A model generated the notes under the pieces. It saw nothing but the letters and a program-made list of their open reading frames with translations. It was not told the origin of the DNA and made no database searches. From NCBI RefSeq assembly GCF_009834535.1, contig NC_045698.1:3226001-3290000 (forward strand): DNA of 64,000 bases, given 5' to 3'. This stretch comes from Camelus ferus (Eukaryota). Every line of letters starts with the position of its first letter. Positions within the stretch are counted from its first letter, which is position 1. Below, in pieces: positions 1 through 13,000 of the stretch. Made by a program: the position numbers and the translations under genes.

Positions 1-769
1 ACTCCTTCAGCTTTGATAATAGTAATCTTCCAGCCGCTGTCTTTTCCGTAATTCCTGACCCTTTCTCAGTTCATTCAGAAGCATTGTTATGGCCTGGAGA
101 AGGATTGGAGCGCCAGGGCAGAGATGCAAAGACATTTTACAAGGTAATACTGTTTTATGTTTCTTTTCTTTCAGACTGGCTCTTGAGGATCGGAAAAGAT
201 GAGCTTTGGGAGAGCAGGAGCGACTGAATAGAGCGTCTGGCCCGCTAGAGCCAGGGCAGGGAGGGAAAGAGGTCCATGTGGATGAGAGCCAGGAAGCGTG
301 GGGAGCAGAGTGGAAGTGGTCACAGGGTGAGGCTCTGACCCCGGGTTCCTGAGAGGGAAGGAGGGGTCAGCCCTGAGTGATGTCAGGGCCATGTGCTTTG
401 ACGGGTGGTCTGAGGAAGGCAGTGACACTAAAGGCAGAGGTCACTCCTTGCTGTCCAGGTACCTGGTGGCTTCCTGGTCTGAGGAGCTGGCTCCGCTCTC
501 AGCACCTTCCCATCAGCAGAGGCCTCGACCACCCAGTGTGGTCCATCACCCACCAGGACCCTCTTTGCCTGAGGGCTTTACAATCTGTCCTGCAGGGACA
601 CTGTTACACGAACAGACCCAAATACCTGTCGAGTCCCTCGTTCCTCCCCCACATACACAATAAGACTGAGATAATACAGGGAAAAGAAACAGTCAGGCTG
701 GGTGACAGCAAAACCAGCATTCCTTATGTTTCATAACGGAAGAGCTCTATTGTCCTCTTCTGCTGATAG

Positions 770-895
770 TGATAACCACCAGTCTAGAGCTTACAGATTG
801 CAATGTGTCCAAACTCATTTAATTATTTTAACAATACAGTTATTATTTCTATTCCAAAGATAAAAAATGAGACTCAGAGAGACTGAGAGACACAG
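770..895 (-). mobile_element. MIR SINE fragment (degenerate)
   Basis: 'ctcatttaattattttaacaatac...attatttctattccaaagataaaaaatgagactcagagag' resembles the MIR core in antisense. Confidence 0.5.
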
Positions 896-1219
896 TTGTG
901 TATTTCTTTCATTTTTCTGAGTATAAGGAAACATTATTGAAAGTGGTAAAAAATGATGGGGGCTAAAATACATTCAGAGACTATGGGGGAAGGACTCAGG
1001 GGTGTGCCAGGGGGTCAGAAAAGTCAGTCAGTGAACCAAGACAGAGCACAACCCAAAGAGGCAGGTCTGTTTACGTGGGACAGAGGCTCCTGGAGCCCTG
1101 AGACTGGGTTACAGCAGGATCTCTGCACTTCCACCAGAACCAGCTAAGAAGACCCACAGGGCTCAGCGTGGATGGACTTCCAGGGCTGGGACTGACATTT
1201 CCTCCTAACTCCAAGCTCT

Positions 1220-2652
1220 GTCATCCCATCAGGTGCCTCCATGGAGAGCCTCTGAGCAGACAGCAGATGTGACAAAGGAATGGCAGGAGGAGAATGGCCA
1301 CCACTGCAGACGTGGTTCTCAGCTTTGCGAGTCTCAGGACAGTGGCATACCTGAAGGACCTCACATAGGTCCACTGCATGGGTGACGTCACACAGTGGGC
1401 AGTGAACAAAGCATGCCTGTTATGCTGGAGACCTTGGTAACGTACACGCATTCCAGAGGGTGAGAAATAGACCCAGTGGAGATCTAGGGAACTGCCACTT
1501 CAGTACAATTTTAGGGTCCAGGAGGCAGAGGCATGCCAGGATAGAAAGTTCCAAAGGAAAAGAAAACTACTGTGTCTTTCATTCCCAACTGCAAAGAAGA
1601 TCTATTCTTGGTAAACCCCTCATGTTGGGTGACGTAGAAGGTTGACAGCTTTGAGCATTGCCCAGATCAGAAATGGCCTATTTAGAAGGTCAGGCTTCAG
1701 AGCATGCAGTCCTTCCGCTGGGACCCTGTGCTACAGCAGATGCTGTGGGCTAGAAGCATCAGCAGTGGGGAAAGATGCAGGTGAGGTTTATGGAAAGCTG
1801 CACTGCGAGAACCACAATGTATCGCCCTGGACTCCAGAGCAAAGGCACTGCATCTGCAGCAGAGCGCGGTATTCCTCTGAGAAAGGGCTCCTAGCACGTT
1901 ACTGGGTTCTGGTAGGTGGGGCAGTGGCCACGGGGTGGAGAGAGAGCATGCGTCCAGCCTGTACCTTATAAGCCACGTTCTGTCACCCCTGCCAAGTCAC
2001 AAAACCATCTGGGTGTGGGAACATTCTGTTGTAAGATGGGAACTGAACATCCAGGATCAGGTCAAGCAACCTGAAAGCGTGAGTGAGCTGCAGGACGAGG
2101 TAGCCCAGAACCAGCTGCCACCCACCACGACTGCAGCAGCTCCCGTCGCCAGCTCCTTCCTGCAGCTCCGTGCGTCGTCTCAGGCAGTCCAGCTCAGGAC
2201 ATGGACACAACTGGAAATGAACGGCAGCATCAGTCTTGACATTTTGGCGTGTCCATAACAGCCAGCAGAGAAAGGGAATCTTCTCAATGGGCATAACCAG
2301 TCATGATGATGCACTTGGTCATCGACTTTGTGTGGAAAGAGACGTGGACCAATGTGAGATTGTACACATATTTCTAGACAATTGTCAATGACCTGGCCAG
2401 TTGGTTGGGGACCTAGAAAAAAAACGACTGGAATATTACAGGCAAGAACTCTGATTAAGAGAAACAGACGTATATATAGGAGTGAATACAATGTGAGACG
2501 GCATTTGTGTCACATGCTAATGTCCGTCGTGAGGCAGTCATCATGGAAGAAACACTGAACACCAAGTAGACACAATAACTCAGCCCGGCAGCATCAGCCT
2601 CAGGCTTGTGCCCCAGGGGTGGTCACTGTCATCCCAAGGGGGGAGGTACGCC
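1220..2652 (+). mobile_element. ERVL (class III ERV) internal pol relic: RT, RNase H and start of integrase region, with stops, frameshifts and deletions
   Basis: Manual translation gives ordered ERVL-Pol-like motifs. ATTADVVL (~1297) resembles AAAVPDVVSL. VHCMGDV (1369-1389) is a degenerate VHYIDDI. HSRG*EIDPVEI*GTATSVQF resembles RGWEINPTKIQGPATSVKF. YSSEKGLLARYWVLV resembles YSPFEKQLLACYWALV. ESSQWA..HLVIDFVWKETWTNVRLYT resembles the RNase H segment KSSQWAE..HFAWKEKWPDVRLYTD. FVSHANV follows. Confidence 0.85.
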
Positions 2653-2764
2653 TCTTCATTCTTCCTTATCGAGAAAACCGGTTCAACCATCTTCTCTTCC
2701 TAGTTTATGGAAAATAAATTATAGCGTGATAAATGCAGAGCTATAAAGTCAAACGTGTCCCCTG

Positions 2765-2940
2765 GAAGATGGGCTTTCAATTGATCATGCGTCAAGATCA
2801 CCAGGATGGCCGACCTGGACCCGGCCCTGAGCTTCTGAACTGGTAGTTCTGAGGTAGGGCTCAATAGTGCGCACTCGTCACACACTCCTGGCTGGTGCTG
2901 ACGGCACTGTGGTCTGGGGACCGCGCTTTGAGAACCACTG
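2765..2940. mobile_element. MER5-type non-autonomous hAT-Charlie DNA transposon fragment
   Basis: Ends in 'ggtctggggaccgcgctttgagaaccactg', the characteristic MER5A terminus (TTTGAGAACCACTG). Confidence 0.7.
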
Positions 2941-3857
2941 ACCTAGGATATCTTGCAGGGATGGCCTCCTGACTCGCACTGATCCCCTTCGTCTAAGAAT
3001 CCCCCGTAGGCAATGCAGTTAAGCCCCAGTGTCCACTCATGTCTGTGCCATGTAGCTCCACGGCCCCCGAGCAGATCCATCTAGAGTAAGCAAGTGACAT
3101 GTGCTGGCCAGTTACTCTCTCCCACGAACATAAAGTTAAAAAGGGAGAGAAATAAGACTGAAAAGTATTTAAAACAGAACCACAACTATAACTAACACTC
3201 CAATGACAGGGCCCCAGACTTCCACAGCAGAGATCTCCAGATTGGCCCTGCTTCTGTTCCACATCTAGAAGAGTTTGTTTAATAGAACTGATCAGAAGTG
3301 AAGTCCATTTTGCTATAGGAGAGATGTTTCAGGTTTCATTAGTAGGAACTGGGGTAATTTAGAAGAGACATTGGGAGAGACAGACGAGTAAAGAGACAGT
3401 GGCCACATTCTAACAACCAAGAGTGAAGCAAAATAAAAAACTCAGTTGGAGTTAAAATACATAAAGGAAAGAAAAAGGCTGAGGCTGCACAGAACAGGAT
3501 TGCTCCCAACTGCTCTACCAAGAGGAAATTTTTTTCACATTGACTAAAACAGCCTTCCGCTCCTGTTTGCCCAGAATTGAGGGGCTTCTCCAGGCATAGG
3601 ACCTTCAGTAGTGAAACCAGGACAAGATCATTCAGTGCAACCTGAGCAATGCTCCCCAGACTCAAGCACCGATGGCCAGGTGGTGGCATCAAGCTGAGGA
3701 CAGCTAAACGCAGACTGCTGTTTTGCTAACAGTGAGCCAAGCAATTTTGCCCCGCCTTGCTAAAGACAGTTCCAAAGCTACAACACAGTAAAGCAGAAAA
3801 AAGCTTCTTAAAAGGATCAAATATTTAATAGAATAGTAAGATATTACTAGACCAGTG

Positions 3858-4240
3858 GCTTGGATTGTGTTCCCCAGAAACAGACCCTGAAATAAGGGTT
3901 CATATACAAGTGATTAATTAAGGAATTGCTCCCTGAAAACACAGTGAGAAACTGTGGAAGTCAGAGAGGAAAGAGGAAGAAGCCAAAAAATAGTGTCCTT
4001 TCAGTTTTAGCTTAAAACTTCAGGGAGCTCTAAGTATAACGCCTCTGAGTCTGTCTATTCTTGAGCCAAGACACCTATGCTTTTACACTCCCACACCAGG
4101 GTGAAGTCCACATTAACTGCCAGACCTCCTGGGTCCTTAACCTGAAGGTAAATTTGCATAGTAACCCAGGTTATTCTTTCCAAGAGAATCCCGGGTGCAC
4201 ATCCTTAGAAGTAAAGCACACAGAAGTCTGGGAATGGGCA
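3858..4240 (-). mobile_element. ERVL solo LTR, LTR33/LTR16-like
   Basis: 'ttggattgtgttccccagaaacagaccctgaaataagggttcatatacaagtgattaattaaggaa...ggaagaagccaa' matches the antisense 3' end of LTR33/LTR16-class LTRs. Confidence 0.6.
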
Positions 4241-4294
4241 CATAGAAAGAGTGAGGGGCGACCCAGGAGGGACGGGAGGAACAACAAGGGCCAG

Positions 4295-7200
4295 TAAACT
4301 TGAAGGCAAGTCAGTAGAAATTTACCAAATTGAAATGCAAAGAGAAAAGAGAATGAAAAAAATGGAACATAATATTCAAGAAGTTTGGGCCGATTGCAAA
4401 TAGAGTAACACACGCTGAATGACGCTACCAGACAGAAAGAAAAGAGAGAAGGAACAGAAGGAACGTTTGAAGTAATAATGGCTGAAAGTAACCAACATTG
4501 ATTGATAGACACAAAGTCACAGATCCAGGAAACTCAAAGAGCACCAAGCAGTGTAAATACAAGAAAGAAAGAAAGAAAAAGTCTACTAGGCACACTGAAG
4601 AAAAACAAAGGAAAAGGAAAAATCTTAAAAGAAGACAGGAAAGAAACACCTTACCTACAGTGGAATAAGGACAAGAATTACATGGGACGTCTCATCAGAA
4701 ATTATGTAAACAAGAAGAGAGTAAAGTGAAATGTTTAAGCATTAAATGAAAAAATGCAGCCATCTGTCATTCTGCATGCAGTATAATTACTATCCAAAAC
4801 TGAAGCAGAAGGAAACACTTTTTCACAGGCAAGAACAAACCTAAGGGATTTTGGCATGGATAGGAACTGTCTTAAATGTTTTAACAAATTCTTTAGAGAG
4901 CAAGAAAATTATTTATGCCAGTAATTTAGATCTACATTAAGAAAGGAAGTGCATCAGAAAAGGAAAAAATTAGGCAAAATAAAATATTTTATATTTTACT
5001 CTTAATCAACATAGTAGACAACTATTTAAAGTAATAATAGCAGAAATGTATGGGTGATTATAGCATACAGATGAGTGCGATGAATGACAACAATGTTATT
5101 TACTTTTAACATTGGGAGCGAGGAAATTTTAAGTCAGTTATGCATTAGCTGTACTGTCTATGAAACAGTAAAATGTTCTCTGAAAGTAGACTTAGATCAA
5201 TGGTAAAATGTCTGTTGCAAATTCTAGAGCAACCACTAAAAGTTCTGGAAACTAAATATAGCATATCTAAATAACACAAGGATTAAAGAAAAAGTCTTGA
5301 GACTTTAAAAATATTGGCAATGTTTGATACACTTAATATTTGAACTAGATGAAAATGAAAACAGCTAGTTTGTCAAAATTTTTGTCATGTAGTAAAAGCA
5401 GAATTTAGATGAAAATTGATAACATTATATACATATAGTTGGGAAAATTTATAGAATTAATATAATCTTCTACCGTACTAAGCCAAAGAAAGAAAAGCAA
5501 TTAAAGATAAATCAAGAAAAAAATAATAAAAATTAAAGGAGAGAAATAAAAATTTAAAAAAAATTAAAGAAGAAATAAATGAAATTGTAACCAGGAAAAG
5601 AATAGAACAAATAAACAAAACCACACTGGTTCTTTGAAAGTATAAGCAAAATTGATGACACTCCAGCCAGGCTAACCAAGAAAAAAAGATGAAATTTATT
5701 ATAAAATTTATTATAAATTAAATTTATAATAAAAATGTATTATTTTATTACAATAAAAATGTATTCATTATTTATAATATGTTTATTATTATTTATTATT
5801 ATATAAATAAAAATTTAATTTGTTATAAAAATTAAAAAAGAGATCATCACTGCTTCATCTGATGAATGAAATGATAAATGAATATTAGAAAAAGTTCTGT
5901 GCCCACAAATTTGATATTTATATGGACCAACAGCTTGAAAGGTCATAAACTATCAAAACATACACAGGAGAAATAGATAATATGAGTAGACCTATACCTG
6001 TTTTTAAAAGTTGTCAATTATTAATAATTTTTTTAAAAAAGAAAGCACCAGGTTCTGAATGTTTCACTTTTGAATTCTGCTAAAATTTAAAGCAGAAATC
6101 ATACTAATTCTCCAAAATTCCTTTCAAAATAGAAACAAAGGGGGTATTTTATAGCTCATTATATTAGGTCACCATTAACCTAATGCCAACACAATAATAA
6201 GGAATTACAAGAAGGAAAACTGCAGACTAATATCACTAATAAATATAGATACAAACATCTTCCATGAAGCACTAGTGAATTAAACTCAACAATTTATAAA
6301 GCTAAGAATATACCATGGAAAACAGGGATTTATTCCAGGTGTGAAAGTCTGGTTCAACATCTGAAAGCCAGTTAGTGTAATTCATCAGTGGGCTAAGAAG
6401 GAAAAAATTACATGATCGTATCAATTGACGGGGGAAAAAAAATCACTTGACAAAATCCAACATCCATCCACAATTAAAAACTCTTTAGGAAACAAGGGAA
6501 TTTTCTCAACTGTGTAAATAACATTTAAAAACAGACCAAAGTTCTAGAGCTAACATCATACTTAATGATGAGAACAAGATTTCCTCTTAAGATCAGGGAC
6601 AAAGCAAGAACGTTTTCTCTCACCATGCCTACTCAACATTGTACTGGAAGTCCTATGTAATGCAATAAAAGAAAAGATAGCTAAAACGTAGCAGATTGGG
6701 AATAAAGAAATACAACTGTTTTTGTTGTATATGTGTCTAGGTAAAAAATCCACTGGAATTTGACACAGCATTGTAAAATGATTATAAATCAATAAAAAAT
6801 AATAAAAAATGTAAACCCCAGAAAAACAGCAACAACAATAAAAACAAAACTCTTGAAACTAATAAATGATTATCACAAGGACTATAGCACACAAGGTGAA
6901 TAAACGATACTTAACTGCTTTTCTACATACAATAATGAACAACTGGAAGTTGAAGTCAAAATCGCAACACCATTTACATTATCACCACAAAATGTAATAT
7001 TTACATGCAAATCTGATGAAATATGTACAGAATCTATATCCAGAATACTACAAAATCTGATGAAAAAATCAAAGAAATTCGAAGAAGATCTAAATAAATG
7101 GAGAAATAGTCTGTCTTCATGGATAGGAAGACTCAATACTGCTTTGTAGTCCATTCTTCTCAGTTTGAAATATAGTTTCAACATAATCCCAAGTAAAATC

Positions 7201-8518
7201 CTGGCAAGCTAAATCCTGGTGTTTCATGCTAAAGTAATTCTAAGGTTCACATAAATGGTCAGAAGACTCAGAATAGCCAACACAATAATGAAGAAGAAGA
7301 AACAAGTTAAAGGATTGACACCACCCAACTTCTAGATTTACCAAAACTCTTCAGTAGTCATGGCAGTCTGGCACTGGTGAAAGCTGAGACGTTATAGATC
7401 AACAGGGCCTAGAAACAGAGAGCCCAGAAATGGATTCACACCAATGTCTATGTTTGAAAAGAAACACAGATAATTCAATCAAAAATATAGTTTTTCCACA
7501 AATGGTGGCAGAAAATTTGGGCATCCATGTACAAAAATAAAAAAGTTTAGGCACAAAATTTATACCTTTTACAAAATCTAACTCACAATGCCTCATAGAC
7601 CTAAATGTGAAATTAAAAACTGTAAAACTTCTAGATGGAAGCATAGGAAAAAAATCTCAGTGACCTGTGTTTAGTGACGAGTGTTTAGATAAAACGTCAA
7701 GACCATGATCTGTGAAAAGATAAATTAAAAAGTTGGACTTTATGAAAATTAAATAGTTATGCTCTGTGAAAGTTACTGTTGAGAGACTGAAAAAACAAGA
7801 CAGTGGCTGGGAGAAAATATTTGCAAAATTGTTATCTAATTAAAGATTCTATCCAAAATATACAAAGAACTCAAACTCAACAATAAGAAGACAAACAATC
7901 CAATTAAAAGTGTGTGAAATATCTGAACAGACACCTCACTAAAGAAGACACACATATGCTAAATAAGCATATGAAAGACATTCACCATCATATGTTTTTA
8001 AGAAAGTGAAAATTAAAACAATGATGAGATGCCACTACCCACCTACTAAAATGGTTAAAGCAACAACAAAGCAAATGCTCCCCCCCCCCCAAACAAAACC
8101 TTCAATACCAACTACGAGGGAGGATGCAGAGTGATAAGAACTCTTATTTATCTCTAACAGTAATGCAAAATGGCAAGATCATCTTCGATTCTTACTAGGC
8201 TAAACGTCATCTTACCACGTGATTGAGCACTTGTGCTCCTGGGTATTTATCTAATGTTGTTGTAAATGAATGTGTATCTACATATATATCCTGCAAAAGA
8301 ATTTTTATAGTAAATTTATTCATAATCTCCAAAAGCTGGAAGCAACCAAGATATCCTTCAAACAATATATTACTCAACAGTAAGAAAAAGCAAAACTGTA
8401 GAGACAGTACAAAGACCAGTGGTTGTAGCTGTTCTGGGTTACAGGGAGGGAGGAACAGGTGAAACACAGGGTTCTTAGAGCAGTGAAAGTCTTCCATTTG
8501 ACACTGTAAAGGTGGATT
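4295..8518 (+). mobile_element. Old L1 (L1MC-like): ORF1 C-terminal part, deleted and decayed ORF2, 3' UTR
   Basis: ORF1-like 'gaagtaataatggctgaa...cagatccaggaaactcaaagagcaccaagc'. ORF2 RT-like 'gggatttattccaggtgtgaaagtctggttcaacat' and 'ctactcaacattgtactggaagtcct'. L1MC1-like 3' UTR 'gcaaaactgtagagacagtacaaagaccagtggttg'. Strongly A-rich sense strand. Confidence 0.9.
6752..6813 (+). mobile_element. Very short young L1 3'-tail insertion nested in the old L1
   Basis: 'actggaatttgacacagcattgtaaaatgattataaatcaataaaaaa' is nearly identical to the L1 3' terminus at ~15290-15335 and interrupts old L1 ORF2 sequence. Confidence 0.7.
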
Positions 8519-8589
8519 CCTTGGACTTTTCAGATTTCTTTTCTTGTAAATTTCCTATTCCCAGCCATTGCCCATGTGTCCACTGGGTC

Positions 8590-9105
8590 TTTTTTTTTTT
8601 TTAATTGAAGTGTAGTCAGTTATAATGTGTCTATTTCTGGTGTACAGCATAATGTTTCAGTCATATATATACATGCACATACATATATTCCTTTTCAGAT
8701 TCTTTTTCATTATAGGTTACTACAAGATATTGGATATAGTTTACTGTGCTATACAGAATAAATTTGTTTTTATCCATTTTATATACAGTAGATAGTATTT
8801 GCAAATCTCAAACTCCCAAATTATCCCTTCCTACCCTCTTTCCCTCCAGTAACCGTAATTTAGTTCACTGTATCTGTGAGTCTGTTTCTGTTTTGTAAAT
8901 AAGTTAATGAACTTTCTTTCTTTCTTTCTTTTTTTTAAGAGTCCACATATGAGTGATACCATATGGTATTGTTCTTTGCTCTTTCTGGCTTACTTCACTT
9001 AGAATGACAATTTGGTATATTTATGCAATGGAATAATACTCAGCCATAGAAAAGAATAAAATAGTGCCATTTACAGCAACATGGATGGATCTGGAGATGG
9101 TCGTT
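8590..9105 (-). mobile_element. 5'-truncated lineage L1 3' end with 5' inversion (twin priming)
   Basis: Poly-T plus antisense L1 3' UTR at 8590-~9011, then a sense segment 'tggtatatttatgcaatggaataatactcagcc...ctggagatgg' at ~9012-9105. Flanked by ggtctttt repeats (probable TSD). Confidence 0.8.
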
Positions 9106-9859
9106 AGGTCTTTTATATACTGCATTATACGAATGTTGCATGTGATGGATGCTCATTTTTGTTTGCTGTAGGCATTGAAACGGTCTTTTCTTGTGTAAAT
9201 TCTTCATAGTTCTCCATCACCTTCAGGAAAATTTATAATCCCATCTTCACGACATAAAAGGTGAGCCTCATCCATGTTACTCCCACTATTTTGTAGCGGT
9301 CCTGAGCGGGAAGACACATTCTCTTACACCTCCATGGTTTGCACAAGCTATCTACCTACATGAAACAATCTGTCCCATTTGACCTCTTCTAAGGCTCAGG
9401 TCAGATGAAATGTTTTCAACAAGGATAAAACCAAGCTTGACAGAGCTACAACTCCTTTGCAAGATCAGGCAAAACCTTCTCCCTCTTCCTGAAAGTCCCC
9501 AGCACACAAGTCATCCTTTCTCTCCCGAGTTTCTGCACCTACACAGGGTGCTGTTGTTCTGTCTATTTCAAAGGGGGGAAATGATAACAGGGTTCCTCCA
9601 GCTTCCTCTTCCCCAGCATGCAGTACATTTAACAACTCTGCTAAAGATCTGGAGTCTGAATGTTAGATGAGGTCACGGGAAGGGTCACTTGCAGGACACT
9701 TGACTTTTTCCATCTTCCTGGCTGGAGTCACGTTCATGCCTTTCGTTTGCCACGTCTCCCATGGGACTTGGCTGCCAAAAGCAGTGTCTCTCTTGATCTC
9801 ATCTTGACAAGAGTATTTCTTCGAAAGAAATTTCTTTGCAAAAAAAAAAAGTTGTAGTG

Positions 9860-10003
9860 ATACTATGTTGTTCATCTTATTGTTCATGCATGTTTACTCT
9901 AAGGAAACAAAGTTCCTTAAGGAAATTGGGCATATCTTATGTCTTAAAACAGAGTGTAGTGACCGGCATATATTAAATGATCAATCAATATTTATTGACT
10001 GAC
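9860..10003 (+). mobile_element. L2 3' end fragment
   Basis: Ends 'tcaatcaatatttattgactgact', a typical L2 3' tail. Confidence 0.5.
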
Positions 10004-13000
10004 TTCATAAATAGATCTTTTCTGTGAATTAATTACCTCTGTTATGCAAGTATAACCCTTAATTTTCTCTATATTCTTTTATAATTGTCTCATGCATGTT
10101 TGTGGATCTGTTAGAAATGTGCATGGTTGAAGATATCCCCTACTGTGCCCAGCACGTAAAGAGGCAGACAGAGGATAATCAGTAAACACATTATTTTTTA
10201 GCAAATAATACAGATAGTTCTTTGAATAACTAGTACATACTTTATAAAAGCTAAGATCCAGTAAACTGCCTTTCATTATGACTGAAGGGAGAGTAATTTT
10301 ATAAGAGAGAAAAAGCATGAGAAAGAGAGAAAAGAAAAGAGAGAGATTTAAAAAATAAAGAGAGTGAGAGAGAATTTCTGTTAATGCTAATTTTAATACC
10401 AGCTTTTTACTTGAAAACTGTCCTTTTCCCATATTGTTTTTAAGATGAATTGGGTATTTACGACACAATGCAGTATGCTAGATGCCGTTTCCTCAAGGAG
10501 ACTGGGCTAGGGGATAATCTTTCTTCTAACAATTTCAGCTTATTTTATAGGATAGGTATGATAAATACTCAAAATTCTAGTTTAGTTCTCAACCTTAAAT
10601 TTATTGACACATTCTAAATTGTCCTAAAGTAGGACCTAGTTTCCCTTTCCCCTTGCCTTTATTGAAGAATAACTTTCAGACAGCCACATGAGTTATAGAC
10701 AAGTACTGAGATGAAGGCTGGATGTGGTCTACTTAGAAAAATAGATTTAAAATGGTTTTGTGTGTCCTGTGAGGATGGGAATGATAAAGAAAACCCCTGA
10801 TTGGAAGATTGTAGGACTAGAGAAAGAAAAGACATTCGCTCAGGAATAGAGAGATTCCTTTATTTGTTTTCTCATATTTTTAAACCTACTGTGTATATTA
10901 AGGTTTTCCTTGGAGACCCTTAACCTGTCAAGATTATAAATGATTATTGAGCTTGCCTATCAAATATCCGGTGCTGATTGGCTCATCTGAATAAGCACAC
11001 AGATTTGGAATTGTGGTTGGAACAGACTGTAAACGCAGACTCCCCAAACTGCTCTCCCCAGAGCACCGAGGCTCTCCGGCTCATCTCAGCCTGCTCTGAT
11101 CTGAGCAGCACACTCTGGAAGGGGAGACAGTCTGCTCTGTGTGCAGGCAGCATAAATCCAGGTTCTCCGTGGCATTCCCTAGCAGCTTGTGTAATTTGAT
11201 GCATCACATTAAGTTAACTCATGCTTACGGGTCCAGAACACCAAATGGCACTCGTGTGGCACTGGGATAGGGTGTCAAAAAGGCAGCTTTCTCTTCTCTG
11301 GAGGTCTTAGCGTGCTAATAAGTCAAATGAGTTAGGACAGTGTCTCACCTCACTTGCCTGCTTCCGACCATCTTTCCTGTTTGTCACAGCACAGAATCAT
11401 CCGGTTTGAATGTCTTACATACCAAGCATTTCCCGTGATTAACGATTCACGGACATTCATCGCGTATGTATCTGCGTTTACCTCTGTTTCCACAGTGATA
11501 TCTGCATCTGCATCTCTCCACGTCATCACCCACGCCATCTACCCAGCTGCACTAATTATACTGAATTGAGTGAATCCCTCCTCAGTGCACATGTTCAGGA
11601 GATTTTATAACTTAGAAGGAAAATTGCCTGCTGGAAATAGTGAGAGGAAAAAAAAATAGAGAGAGAGGACACAGGTCCCATTATTTTGGTAAACTTACAT
11701 TTTCTCAAAGAGGAACCTTCCCCACTTGGCATGGTTTGTAATCAGCGTCTGTTCACATTTTTCTTTCTCTCAGATTCTCTTTACCTCCCATTTTTATTGA
11801 TTTGTTTCAATCCTGCATATGAGTCCATTTAGCTCAAAATAGGGCAGACTTGCTGGTATTCGCATTGCATGAAATTACAAGCAGGTGAGAGTTGAACAAT
11901 TAATGCTTCTTTTTTCTCAGGGGTGGTACGAGCAGTGCCAATTTAATGCTGTTTAAGCTTATTATCTAACGGCATGCTTGTGCTAGCTTCAGAAACGGCA
12001 TGACGTGAAGGCCGACTTGGGCTGTGTTCCCTCCGCAGTAGAATATTCAATTATTTGTTCTGACTCATGTAATTCCCTGTATTCCAAGCTTGTTAATGTC
12101 ATTACAGCGCTGAAATAAAGTGATTACTCTTAATGAGTATTTATCCGATAGGTAATGCAATTCCTGCACCCTCTGGCTGACAGTGGACGATTATGGATAT
12201 TGCTCCTCAGTCCTTCCACTCCCCCTCCCAAAGGCGCCATCCCCCATCTCTTGACTCTCCTGTCAGGGAGGCAGCATCGCATTGCGGGTGTTCTGTGAAA
12301 TACTGTCAGATGATGGGGAAAAATAAAAATCTTTAAAAATAAAAAAAAAAAGGAAAAGGAAGAATCGCAGCATCCCCCGGCAGAGCTCCAACTAATGACC
12401 ACTGCTCCCGCTCGCTGGCAGTGATGACAGCTTGCACTAAATGATAATGGCACGCCTGCTGTTGAGTTTGCCCACTTATGTTATTTCTCTTGACATGGTT
12501 CTGGGGAAGGCCTAATTTTTTTGACATTTGACCATGCAAATTTGAGTCCTGCTACATTATTCTGCATTTACATCCTCCCAGTGTTGCTGTTTAAAACGTG
12601 CCACGAGCCCTAGGAGCTCAGCTCATAAAGGGCACCGAGTGAAAGAAAGCTAAATACGGATGCAGGAGCAGGCCTAATGAAGGCCCGGCGTGCACGTCGC
12701 AGAGACGACCTTCTGGAGACGAGCGAGTGGAAGATCCTTTCTTAGAGCAAACGGTAAAGAATGTAACACCTATTTTTCTCCCAAGAATATTTTGAAAGAT
12801 TTTTAAATACGCACCAGTGGGAGAGAAAAGAGACCCCATTATATTTCACTTGGGAATTGCTTCTACCCAGCTTATCAGTTTGTGTATTACTAACCCATCT
12901 CAAGGTGGTGTTGGCCTCTCGAACTCTGAAACTCATGATTCTGCAGGAAGCTTCCTTGACTGCCAAACCCAGGGACAACACACTGTCCCTAGATTTACTA

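Noticed and set aside
5685..5835. Extremely AT-rich tract with short inverted repeats
   Set aside because: Low-complexity expansion within the old L1, with no evidence of a distinct element.
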